Shown: piece by piece, positions 26,534 to 35,659 of the stretch
How the letters are laid out: every line of letters begins with the position of its first letter
Numbering within the stretch: position 1 is the stretch's first letter
Source of the DNA: a virus
Taxonomy: Duplodnaviria > Caudoviricetes
Strand: one strand, 5' to 3'
Virus record (IMG/VR): IMGVR_UViG_3300031867_000042
Span: 4,909 to 68,908 of that record
DNA length: 64,000 bases
The notes under the pieces: generated by a model
Seen by the model: the letters and a program-made list of their open reading frames with translations, nothing else
What the model was told of the DNA's origin: nothing
Databases searched by the model: none
Position numbers and translations under genes: made by a program

Positions 26534-27340
26534 TTATGCTCCTGTAGCTGGAGTAGTTGTCTTCAATGCAGCGATGATTTCAGCAGTCTGCGCTTTCTGG
26601 CTTGCTTCTGCCAGTTTATCACGCAATGCCTGTGCCTCTGCGCTACACATGTGGTCAAGGATGCGCTGGGTGTTACGCTCACCGCTGAATCCAAGCTGGG
26701 TAAGACCCTGACTAAGGACTGCGCCCAGACCGTTGATTGCCGCAATCGTCTGGTTCTGATTCTGGCAAGCCTGCAACTGCTCACTTGAATGATTTGCAGC
26801 CATTTGCGCCTGAATACCATTTGTCTGACGCTCAGTTGCCAGCTGTGCCTGATAGCCTTGCTCAAGAATTGCGGTCTTGATTCCACAGCAGGCATTTTGC
26901 ATCTGCTGAATCATGTTAGCATCGCCTAAATTCACAGCGTTGATGACTCTCTCAGCACTGAATCCTGTCACGCCAGCCACCTGATCCACAGCGCTCTTTA
27001 CGTTACCGATTGCCATCTGGATATTACCCAATGACGTATTGAACGCCTGAGCAAGTTCGCGGACTGCATCCTGATTGTTTGCCAGCGCCTGCATTGCAAG
27101 GTCGTTATTGTGATTTGTATTCACAACATCTTGCAGAGCCGCAATCTGACGGCTGTTGTAACTGTCTGGACCGCCGTCTGCGCCATAACCGAAGTTACGC
27201 ATCATACTCATCCAGACCATGTAGACGAAAGGATTGTTCCACATAGCGTTTCCGCCAAAGCCATTGTTTGCCATTGCCGCCCACGTTGCGTTGTCGCCGC
27301 ACGGTCTGTCGTAGCAAACGATTTTCTCTGTATCTGCCAT
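26534..27340 (-). CDS. Gly/Asn/Gln-rich coiled-coil protein (1st gene of module)
   Basis: NNGFGGNAMWNNPFVYMVW, then long Q/A/N helix with QNACCGIK.AILEQGYQ. Confidence 0.8.
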   Translation of the reverse strand: MADTEKIVCYDRPCGDNATWAAMANNGFGGNAMWNNPFVYMVWMSMMRNFGYGADGGPDSYNSRQIAALQDVVNTNHNNDLAMQALANNQDAVRELAQAFNTSLGNIQMAIGNVKSAVDQVAGVTGFSAERVINAVNLGDANMIQQMQNACCGIKTAILEQGYQAQLATERQTNGIQAQMAANHSSEQLQACQNQNQTIAAINGLGAVLSQGLTQLGFSGERNTQRILDHMCSAEAQALRDKLAEASQKAQTAEIIAALKTTTPATGA

Positions 27341-27386
27341 AAAAGTGTGTAGTTAGAAAGTTTCCCTCCAATGTTAGAGGTTATTG

Positions 27387-27394
27387 CAAAGATA
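27387..27394 (-). promoter_or_regulatory. Sigma-A -7 element driving the 27340-25476 module
   Basis: TATCTTTG on - strand, 46 nt upstream of ATG. Confidence 0.6.
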
Positions 27395-27563
27395 GAAACT
27401 ACCTTATGGTTATGATAATTATTCCGTAAAACTGGATAACAGGTGCATAATCAGTATATTGAAATAATTTTTTATGTTTTTATGATTTTTTAACACATTT
27501 CATATAACACGTTATATTATAAATATCTATTTTTACACAAACATTAAATTAAAATAAGATTTT

Positions 27564-27875
27564 ATGGAATTACATCTGAAAGACCGCTTGCTAATGTCAA
27601 GCTTACTCCCCGAAAAGGTAACATTGGCTGATTATGTACGCAAGAAAGCAATCGTCAAGAAGTTGGAAATCACTAATGAGGACGTAGAGTTCTACAATAT
27701 CCAGCGTAAGGGTGAGCGTATTGAATGGGACATTGAAAAAGATGCCGAGAGACCACTTGTCGTAGAGTTTACAGCTGAAGAGAAAGACTTTATCCAGCGC
27801 GTATGCGAGAGCAGAGCTGAGGAAGAGCTTCCGTCAGAAGTTTGGGAACTCGCTGAAAAGATATACAGTGTCTAA
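27564..27875 (+). CDS. Hypothetical protein (possible assembly chaperone)
   Basis: 103-aa acidic ORF upstream of terminase. Confidence 0.65.
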   Translation: MELHLKDRLLMSSLLPEKVTLADYVRKKAIVKKLEITNEDVEFYNIQRKGERIEWDIEKDAERPLVVEFTAEEKDFIQRVCESRAEEELPSEVWELAEKIYSV

Positions 27876-27959
27876 TTTTTAAGTGTTTGTTTGGTCCGTC
27901 CGTTTGATGGATGAATGAATGGGCGGACCGCTATCATTTAACTTTAATATATTTTAATT

Positions 27960-30650
27960 ATGTCAGTAAAAGGACTAAAAGCACCAGAGAATCTAACAAT
28001 CAACATCACTCCATCTCCAAAGCAGTATGAGCTGTGGAAGATGTTACAGCCGGACTATTGTCCAAATTGCGGTGGTAGAATTATCCAAAAGCAGATTGGA
28101 GTTACTAATGTAGGTAAGCCATTGTACGAGCCTGTATGTGATACTTGTGGCACAAATAACATACCCCAGTTGATACTTGGCGGCGGCGCGGCAGGCGGAG
28201 GAAAAATGTGCCTTTTAGATTCTCAAATTTGTACTCCCTTCGGTTTCAGGCAGTTACGAGAGATTGAAGTCGGCTCAATTATTACAAATCCGATTACGGG
28301 GGGTATGCAGAGGGTGATAGCATTACACCCTATTGAGACACATCATTTCTACAGAGTACATTTTGTAGACGGAACACATACTGACTGTTCTGAGGGACAT
28401 TTGTGGGTATGTCATGAAAGCCGCAAGAAAAATAAGCGAGCGAAAAATCATGGCGTATCTACTGATAAGATATGGCTTACAAAAGACATGTATGGCTGGT
28501 ATCAGAACAAAAAACAGGGGATGCACAACGGACAGCATCTGATTATTCCACTCACAGCTCCTGTACAGTTTACCACTGGCTGTCACAAGCCGACTATTCC
28601 ACCTTATGTATTAGGTGCTTTAATTGGGGATGGTTGCATAACCGACTCAATCCTCAAGAATGGGTATGTAGAATTTATCAATGAAGACGATGAGATTGCA
28701 GCACGCTTTGAGCAGCTGGGATATGATATGAGCAATATTCGCTTTAAGCAAAAAGACTCTAATGTTAAGTATTATCATATTAAAGATGATAGACTTATTG
28801 AGCAGCTTAAAAAGCTTGGCATTGCAGGTAACAATTCCTTAACTCATTTTATCCCTAAATATTATAAGTTGGCATCTGTTGAAGACCGCATTAACTTGAT
28901 ACAGGGATTGATTGACACTGATGGGTACGTCGATGACCGTGGACATATTATCTACACCACAATCAGCGAGCAGTTGGCAGAAGACGTAGCTTTTGTTATT
29001 CGTTCGTTGGGCGGCGTAGCGACTATTACAAAGAACCCGGCTGGTTACAAGCGTCCAGATACGGGCGAATTTGTAAAATGTCACGATGCTTATGATGTCC
29101 AGATTCGTACCAAGATGAACCCTGACTTGTGCGGTATCAGTCGTAAGAAGGAACGTGCGAGATACGAATTTAACGGTGGAAATAGTGAACTGGGTAAGCG
29201 TATTACTGATATTGAATATATAGGTATGCGCGAAGGCAGATGTATCACCGTAGATGACCCAAGCGGATTGTATGTAGCCGACAATTTCACCGTTACCCAC
29301 AACTCCTATCTTGGCAGTTGCTGGATAATCAGTAGCTGTATCCGCTTTGAGGATATTCGTGCCGTCATCGCGCGTAAGACCTTGAAGAGTCTGAAGGAGT
29401 CTACATTTAACACCGTCAAGAAAATCTGCAAGGACTGGGGACTTATTCAGGATGAGAACTATAAAATCAACAATCTGGACGGAACGCTTACATTCTGGAA
29501 TGGCTCTGTTATTATCCTGAAAGAAATGGTGTTCAAGCCGACGGACCCTCAGTATGAGCGATTCGGTTCATCAGAGTACACTATCGCTTTTGTGGATGAG
29601 GTTTCGGAGATTAGTGAAAAAGCAGTAGAGGTATTGTTTTCCCGACTCAGATGGCGAACTGACGAGACATTTAAGACCGCCAAGATGCTTATGTCTACCA
29701 ACCCTTGTCTTACTTGGGTCCGTTCAAGATTCGTTCAGGACGATGACGGTAATCCTGTTGTATGCAGACAGAACGAACGATATGTGCCCTTCTCAGTCTG
29801 GGATAACCCTGACAGCAAATTTGTAGCCACATACGTTGCAGCCTTGAACAAGATTTCCGACCCTCTTACCAGAGCCAGACTTCTTTACGGTGAGTGGAAC
29901 TATGTAGAGTCTAATAAGATGGCTGCATATTGGAACTTTGACGGAAAGACACATCTGGTAATGAATCTGTATGAGCAGAAATATGACCCTCTGATGCCTT
30001 TGATAGTAAGCTGGGACTTTAACGTCGCCCCTTACATGTCAGCCTTGGAAATTCAGATAAACTATACCGAGAAGGAAATATATGTCCTGAAAGAACTGGT
30101 TGGAAAGCCTTCGGATAAGCTGAACAACACACCAGCTTTGGCACGATACGAAGCCGCGTCATTGGTTAACAGACAGCATCTTGGTAAAGTGATAGTTACA
30201 GGAGACCCGGCTGGAAACTCCCGTAGTACGCAGACTGAGGACGGAACCACGAATTTTACGATATTGACGCAAGAGTTAAAGCGTGCAAGCGAAATTCTCG
30301 ACCCTTCTGTCAATATCTTCCAGAAGCAGCCGCCTCATGTAACTCGTCTGGAGTTTATCAACGCTTTGTTCGGAGGATATGAAGGCTGGAAGGTTATGAT
30401 AGATATGCGATGTCGTAAGCTGACTGAGGATATGATATACCAGCGTAAGTGTGACGATGGTACGAAAGAGAAGAAAAAGGTCTTCGACCCAGTAGCCAAA
30501 GTAAAATGCGAAAAATACGGACACCTTTCGGACTGTTTCGATTACGCTTTGTGCAAGTTCGTCAGCGAGCCTTGGATAAAATATCAGCGCGGAACAAAAG
30601 AAATTCAAATCACGTCTGCTCCGGCTCAGTATTCCAATTTTGATTTCTAA
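27960..30650 (+). CDS. terL: Terminase large subunit with intein
   Basis: Walker A GGAAGGGK|SYLG split by intein; Walker B AFVDEVSEI; STNP; nuclease WDFNVAP, TGDPAG and HLSDCFDY. Confidence 0.92.
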   Translation: MSVKGLKAPENLTINITPSPKQYELWKMLQPDYCPNCGGRIIQKQIGVTNVGKPLYEPVCDTCGTNNIPQLILGGGAAGGGKMCLLDSQICTPFGFRQLREIEVGSIITNPITGGMQRVIALHPIETHHFYRVHFVDGTHTDCSEGHLWVCHESRKKNKRAKNHGVSTDKIWLTKDMYGWYQNKKQGMHNGQHLIIPLTAPVQFTTGCHKPTIPPYVLGALIGDGCITDSILKNGYVEFINEDDEIAARFEQLGYDMSNIRFKQKDSNVKYYHIKDDRLIEQLKKLGIAGNNSLTHFIPKYYKLASVEDRINLIQGLIDTDGYVDDRGHIIYTTISEQLAEDVAFVIRSLGGVATITKNPAGYKRPDTGEFVKCHDAYDVQIRTKMNPDLCGISRKKERARYEFNGGNSELGKRITDIEYIGMREGRCITVDDPSGLYVADNFTVTHNSYLGSCWIISSCIRFEDIRAVIARKTLKSLKESTFNTVKKICKDWGLIQDENYKINNLDGTLTFWNGSVIILKEMVFKPTDPQYERFGSSEYTIAFVDEVSEISEKAVEVLFSRLRWRTDETFKTAKMLMSTNPCLTWVRSRFVQDDDGNPVVCRQNERYVPFSVWDNPDSKFVATYVAALNKISDPLTRARLLYGEWNYVESNKMAAYWNFDGKTHLVMNLYEQKYDPLMPLIVSWDFNVAPYMSALEIQINYTEKEIYVLKELVGKPSDKLNNTPALARYEAASLVNRQHLGKVIVTGDPAGNSRSTQTEDGTTNFTILTQELKRASEILDPSVNIFQKQPPHVTRLEFINALFGGYEGWKVMIDMRCRKLTEDMIYQRKCDDGTKEKKKVFDPVAKVKCEKYGHLSDCFDYALCKFVSEPWIKYQRGTKEIQITSAPAQYSNFDF
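28206..29303 (+). mobile_element. Class-3-type intein (366 aa) with LAGLIDADG homing endonuclease
   Basis: Starts Met-CLLDSQICTP; block B HLW; LGALIGDG and QGLIDTDG; block F GRCITVD; ends THN followed by Ser+1. Confidence 0.88.
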
Positions 30651-30680
30651 GAACACTATTCTTAAATAAAAATTAACACA

Positions 30681-31706
30681 ATGTACAAAAGATTCTTACA
30701 AGATAGTGACTATCTGTCTGTCATTACCAAGGAAGCCTTGGGACAGCTGATACGCGACGAGCATGGACGCTTTGAGCAAGCTGAACAGGCTGCGGAAGCG
30801 ACTATCTGCGATTACCTCATTGAGAACTACAAAATCGAAGAGGAATTTATGATAGGCAAGCGCATCCAGCCTTATGACAGCCGTATTACTTACCCAGTAA
30901 ATTCAGGTTTCTGGCGTGAGAACAACATCTATATCGTCATCAAGTCCATTAAAGGGCACAAATGTCCTGAAGATGCAAGCGAGTATTGGGTGGAAAACGT
31001 CGATGTGGAAGTTGATGTAAAGACCACACCAAGATTTCTTCAGATACAGAATTACTATCCCGGAGATAATGTAGCCTATAACGGTGTTGTCTATACTTGC
31101 ATTAAGGAATGTGGCGTAGACTTTAAGCATATTATAATTCCGGGTATTACTGCGTGGAAAGAAGTCAAGGCTAAAGTATGGGAAAAGAAGCCGTATGAAC
31201 TGTGGGACGTTGTTAAGTATGACGGACAGTTTTATACATTGCTCACCGTCTCAGAAGAGCATGAAGATTTTGATTCGCCAGATATTTCCGACGATTGGGG
31301 ACTGATAGGTGAATATGACCCGGACTATGCTCAATATGAACTGAACGGACATGACTATGTAGTTTATAACGGCAAGGTGTTCTATCCAGTGTTAAACCCA
31401 AATCCGGATTCTCCTGAAGTAGGCGTTAATATTAAGGCTGGCGACCCTCGTAATTTCAATTTAAAAAGACACATGATTCAGCTTGCGTTATATGAGCTTC
31501 ATAAGCTTGTTGCACCGCATAATGTCAGCAATATTCGCATATCTGATTATGAGCATAGTATGGAGTGGTTACAGGCGGCTGGCAGGCTTAAAATCAATCC
31601 TCAGATTCCTCGTAGACTGGATGAACGCAAACAGCCTATCAGCGATTGGGCAGTTGCCACGTTCATGCGTGATTATGACCCGATGAAAAATCCTTGGCAG
31701 ATATAA
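30681..31706 (+). CDS. Head-tail adaptor (DUF1320/Mu gp36-like) with inserted aromatic repeats
   Basis: N-terminal AEQAAEATICDYL and C-terminal PRN..LKRHMIQLALYELH...RISDYEHSMEWL flank YYPGDNVAYNG / DVVKYDG / YVVYNGKV repeats. Confidence 0.6.
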   Translation: MYKRFLQDSDYLSVITKEALGQLIRDEHGRFEQAEQAAEATICDYLIENYKIEEEFMIGKRIQPYDSRITYPVNSGFWRENNIYIVIKSIKGHKCPEDASEYWVENVDVEVDVKTTPRFLQIQNYYPGDNVAYNGVVYTCIKECGVDFKHIIIPGITAWKEVKAKVWEKKPYELWDVVKYDGQFYTLLTVSEEHEDFDSPDISDDWGLIGEYDPDYAQYELNGHDYVVYNGKVFYPVLNPNPDSPEVGVNIKAGDPRNFNLKRHMIQLALYELHKLVAPHNVSNIRISDYEHSMEWLQAAGRLKINPQIPRRLDERKQPISDWAVATFMRDYDPMKNPWQI

Positions 31707-31710
31707 AAAT

Positions 31711-31740
31711 TTCCCCCCTCGCTTCACAGTGAGGGGGGAA
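31711..31740. terminator. Intrinsic terminator
   Basis: TTCCCCCCTC/GAGGGGGGAA stem; loop reads GTGA on - strand. Confidence 0.7.
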
Positions 31741-31912
31741 AAACTAAATGAAAATAAACTTTGTTTAACTTTTTGGATAATGCAAAATAAAGCAATAAAA
31801 ATGACATATCCAAGTTTTTATCGCTTTATTTTTAGTATAATATAAAAATAATCTAAAAAACTTGATTATTTAAATATTATGTGTATTTTTGCAAAACATA
31901 AAGACAATAAAT

Positions 31913-32344
31913 ATGATAAAGATTGATAATTATACAAGTATTGAAAAGCTGGATGCGATAAGAGATAACGCATATTTGATTACAGTGCCTTACCACGAAA
32001 ATTTGCCGTTACAGAAGATGTATGCGTATGATGCTAAAATAAAGGTAGACGGCTGGGAGTACACAGTGATTACCGTGCGACGAACTGATACAGATGTTCT
32101 CATTTCATGCGTGCGTTCTGTCATGGATAAACCTGCCGTCGAAACTTTTGGTGGCATGATTCAGCGTATCAGACAAGAAAAACAGGTTAGTATAACTGAA
32201 TTGGCTACAAAAGCGCGTGTGAGCACTCAGACTATCTACAACCTTGAAACAGGTGCAGGAGGCGCAACATTAAAAGTCTTGCAATCTGTCCTCTCTGTTC
32301 TCGGTTATAAACTGGCAATACAACCTAACGGCAATGTCAAATAA
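31913..32344 (+). CDS. XRE-family HTH protein (moron-like)
   Basis: IRQEKQVSITELATKARVSTQTIYNLETG; own sigma-A element TATTTTTG at 31884-31891. Confidence 0.8.
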   Translation: MIKIDNYTSIEKLDAIRDNAYLITVPYHENLPLQKMYAYDAKIKVDGWEYTVITVRRTDTDVLISCVRSVMDKPAVETFGGMIQRIRQEKQVSITELATKARVSTQTIYNLETGAGGATLKVLQSVLSVLGYKLAIQPNGNVK

Positions 32345-32353
32345 ATGTTAATT

Positions 32354-32392
32354 AAAAAGACGGCTTGGAAAGCCCAGCCGTCTTTTTTTTTT
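32354..32392. terminator. Bidirectional intrinsic terminator
   Basis: AAAAAGACGGCT...AGCCGTCTTTTT plus long T tract. Confidence 0.8.
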
Positions 32393-32394
32393 GT

Positions 32395-32601
32395 TTAATT
32401 TATAGGATATTCATCCTCTTGTGCTCTTCGAAGCTCCTCTTCGATTTCCTCCTTCTCCTCGTCGGTAATTTCGCGATAGTTATTAGGATTAACCTTCAAG
32501 CCAACGATGAATCGCTTTGCGATAGTTGTCGTTGGAGATAAGAGCCACATATCAGGCTCTGCCTCGATGATTTTGTAAGATTTTTTGTTTTTTACTTTCA
32601 T
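32395..32601 (-). CDS. Small tail-fibre-associated protein (possible chaperone)
   Basis: IIEAEPDMWL...YREITDEEKE pattern after fibre gene. Confidence 0.6.
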   Translation of the reverse strand: MKVKNKKSYKIIEAEPDMWLLSPTTTIAKRFIVGLKVNPNNYREITDEEKEEIEEELRRAQEDEYPIN

Positions 32602-32616
32602 AAAAGTATTATTAAA

Positions 32617-34137
32617 TTAAACAATCTCCCATCCTTTAGCGATGAGAATATCAATATCATTTTCTTCGAGTTTCTTCATAAGCGTTTCTCCAAGCGTGAG
32701 TGTCGCATAAGTGTTTTCAGTATCGAAATTAGCATCCTGACTGAAATCGTACACTCCCTTAATTGCCGCCAATAATGATGCACGGCTAAGAAGCGGACAA
32801 TAAGACAAATTGACACTGAATTTCAGTCCTGTAAAGCACGCTATCGTTCCAGCCTCGACCTCTGCAAGAGTGTGGTCGCCTATTAGTGTTTCAAGCTTTG
32901 AGCAATTCTCGAAAGCATAAGCACTAATATTATACTTTTTTGACACTTCAAATGGTACATTACTCATATCAAGCCATTCAAGATTGGCGCAACTATTGAA
33001 TGTATCATAAAATACACTTACAGATACAGCATTTGTAATATCAATGCGTGTCAAAGAGAGGCATTGCTGAAAGACTCGGCCTAATGTTATTTTGTATGCT
33101 CCTTCTAATTTCAATGTCTGAAGATTAGCATTGCTTAACAAGCTAATGTTCTGAGTATTATTAGTTTTTAGTCGAAGATTTGTCAGACCATAGTTATAAG
33201 ACACTTTAACGTCTTTGATAGAACTATTTTCTGAAACATCTATATTAAGATGTGTAATGTTAGGACAATAGTTTATACGATAGGTCGTACCTGTATACCC
33301 TGCCGACGGAGACAAAGAAAGCCTTCCAACATAACCAGAACCGACAAAATTCTTCTGTTCGCTGCTATTCACAAGAGCATTTGTTATATTATCTTCGATG
33401 CTGCCATCAGTATTGTACGCTGCAATGATTGCTGCTGACTTTCCGTTTTGTTCAAGAGCCTTTAACAGAAGTTCTGCATCTGATAATGTACTCACTCCAA
33501 AAGCACCTCCCCACCTATTTACAGTAGGATAGTCAGAAGAGTAGATATTTTCGTCACCGCCTTGGAAATATAACAGCAACTTTTTACCTTGGTAATTCTG
33601 TGTCTGTCCCTCAGACGCAAAAGCATAGTGAGGATTCATATTTTTGCTGTATACTCTGTTTACAAGCGCAGTTCCGTTAAGGCTATCTATTATAGCGATA
33701 TGAACACGCCCGCAAGCGAAAAGATTCTTGAAATCTATATTTTCGACGAGATAGCACTTTTCGTTCTCAGATGCTACAATTACATCGTCTCCTGCGGTGT
33801 ACTTGTAACCCTCGATTACGGTTGTGTTCTCCTCATTGAATACCGTATAGTATGCCTTTGTCTTGCTCGTCAAAAATGTAGCATCTGACTTGGGCAAAAG
33901 CGTATCTGTTACATCTTTTACTGCCTTGCTGGATGGTATCTTAGACGCATTGCCCGAAAGAGTGCTTTCTGTATCTACTGACTTGCCGTCTATATAGTTT
34001 TTAACAGCTGCCGAACTTGGTATCATTCCAGCTGTTCCTGACAATGTTTCTTCCATTGCAGCGACCTTGGCGGCTGCATTGTCTATCTGTGTGCCCGTTG
34101 CCGAGCCTGTGTATAATTCGACTGTCTGTTCTGCCAT
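32617..34137 (-). CDS. Tail fibre/receptor-binding protein with C-terminal leucine-rich repeats
   Basis: IPSS.AVK repeats; LTNLRL, FQQCLSLTRIDI, FNSCANLE, AFENCSKLETL; ends LIAKGWEIV. Confidence 0.75.
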   Translation of the reverse strand: MAEQTVELYTGSATGTQIDNAAAKVAAMEETLSGTAGMIPSSAAVKNYIDGKSVDTESTLSGNASKIPSSKAVKDVTDTLLPKSDATFLTSKTKAYYTVFNEENTTVIEGYKYTAGDDVIVASENEKCYLVENIDFKNLFACGRVHIAIIDSLNGTALVNRVYSKNMNPHYAFASEGQTQNYQGKKLLLYFQGGDENIYSSDYPTVNRWGGAFGVSTLSDAELLLKALEQNGKSAAIIAAYNTDGSIEDNITNALVNSSEQKNFVGSGYVGRLSLSPSAGYTGTTYRINYCPNITHLNIDVSENSSIKDVKVSYNYGLTNLRLKTNNTQNISLLSNANLQTLKLEGAYKITLGRVFQQCLSLTRIDITNAVSVSVFYDTFNSCANLEWLDMSNVPFEVSKKYNISAYAFENCSKLETLIGDHTLAEVEAGTIACFTGLKFSVNLSYCPLLSRASLLAAIKGVYDFSQDANFDTENTYATLTLGETLMKKLEENDIDILIAKGWEIV

Positions 34138-34141
34138 ATTT

Positions 34142-35653
34142 TTATGAATTTTCTTCTGTTGAACGTGTTGCCGCTTGTGGTCTCTTAACATAGCGGTCTA
34201 ACCAATGCGCAACTTCAAGAAGCTGCTCTTTGGTAAGAATAGTTGTATAGAGTGCCATTCCGTAGATTGTTATGTTACATTCTCTAATATATTGAAGTCC
34301 TAAGAGAGTGTTACCTTCTGCTATTGTATTGTTTCCAGAAGCAGTGTAGGTGTGTGGATTTTCTGCCGTAAAGATACTGCTGTAATCCGCATCTACATAA
34401 TCTTCAGTGATGTTGTATTCAACAAGATGCCCCTCGTCAGACCAGCGGAACGAACCATAGTAGTTTACAGTGTCTCCTTCATAGTTCATAATGACAAATC
34501 CGCCACTGCACTTACCTACAATAACCATACTTCCAACAGCAATGTTAGGTAGCAGATAAGCCCATCGGGTATAATCATATCCGTGCCCCGGAATTTTAGG
34601 AGCATTAACAGTAATAGAGCCGTCCCCATTGTCAGTATAAGTTACATCGCCAGTATCGTTGCGCTGAAGAGTGACGTTGTTGAATATTCCCACCTCGTCG
34701 CTCTGCTTACCCATTCCGTCCCAGAGGTCAATGAAACCATCTGTGATTGGTGGAAGGTCGTGCTTCTTAACGAGTACCAACTTATTATCATTGAGCTGAT
34801 AAGGCAGATTGTAACTTGTGCAAAGGATATTATACCGCTTTGTGTCTATCTGACTTTCGACATCAAGAACAATCTTATCCGTAATGTTTTCTTCGACTGT
34901 GAAGTAGCCGACTGAGTTCTTGTTAGGATAGAACTTGTCGTTTATCGCATCGTACATTCCAAGCTCGCCTGTACTCAAATCTTCTGCTGGCTGCAAGCGC
35001 ATTGTATATTGCTCATTTGCGTCCTGAATGTAGAATGAATATATACTGCTGTCACATCCATTCATAACCAGTTTTGCGGTTGACCAAAAAAATCCTGCAA
35101 ACAGCTTTATGTATGCACGTCTAAAACCTTCAGTCAGTTTTCGACCACGATTCGCAAACTCAACGGCTTGTTCAGTATTGTGTACATAATAGTCTACCCT
35201 ATCTGGGTGGAATCCTACTGTCACTTTTTTATCGAAGCCATTGTCTCCTATATCAACATAATGCGCTTTACCCAATTCATCGGAAGCACCATTGCCCAAT
35301 ATGCAGTGATATGTTCCATCCCACGTTGCAGGATGACCCCATGTAGGATATGGAGATATCAGAATAAGGTTAGTATCATGATGTGTAATATTATTCTCAT
35401 CTACATATCCCATTCTGGCACACAGGATAAACTGCTGAGTAGGCTGTCCTCCGACGACATATCGTCTGTTTTTATCTTCCAGTGCATCCGCTGAACTTAT
35501 CTTATATGTAATAGTAAGCGTGTCAGTAGGCTCGACAAAACGGTTGATGTCTATGTACGCCATGTCGTGCGATACAAGACGGCTATAGAAACGGTACTGA
35601 CGCGTCTTTGCCTTGCGGTACAATAGAAGGGTAAAAAATAAATCGTTAGCCAT
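34142..35653 (-). CDS. Tail fibre/lectin-like (LamG-type) protein
   Basis: LGMYDAINDKFYPN and PITDGFIDLWDG motifs; located in fibre cluster. Confidence 0.65.
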   Translation of the reverse strand: MANDLFFTLLLYRKAKTRQYRFYSRLVSHDMAYIDINRFVEPTDTLTITYKISSADALEDKNRRYVVGGQPTQQFILCARMGYVDENNITHHDTNLILISPYPTWGHPATWDGTYHCILGNGASDELGKAHYVDIGDNGFDKKVTVGFHPDRVDYYVHNTEQAVEFANRGRKLTEGFRRAYIKLFAGFFWSTAKLVMNGCDSSIYSFYIQDANEQYTMRLQPAEDLSTGELGMYDAINDKFYPNKNSVGYFTVEENITDKIVLDVESQIDTKRYNILCTSYNLPYQLNDNKLVLVKKHDLPPITDGFIDLWDGMGKQSDEVGIFNNVTLQRNDTGDVTYTDNGDGSITVNAPKIPGHGYDYTRWAYLLPNIAVGSMVIVGKCSGGFVIMNYEGDTVNYYGSFRWSDEGHLVEYNITEDYVDADYSSIFTAENPHTYTASGNNTIAEGNTLLGLQYIRECNITIYGMALYTTILTKEQLLEVAHWLDRYVKRPQAATRSTEENS

Positions 35654-35659
35654 AATGTG

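Noticed and set aside
32617-35653. Diversity-generating retroelement targeting fibre genes
   Set aside because: No reverse transcriptase and no adenine-mismatched TR/VR repeat pair seen in this window
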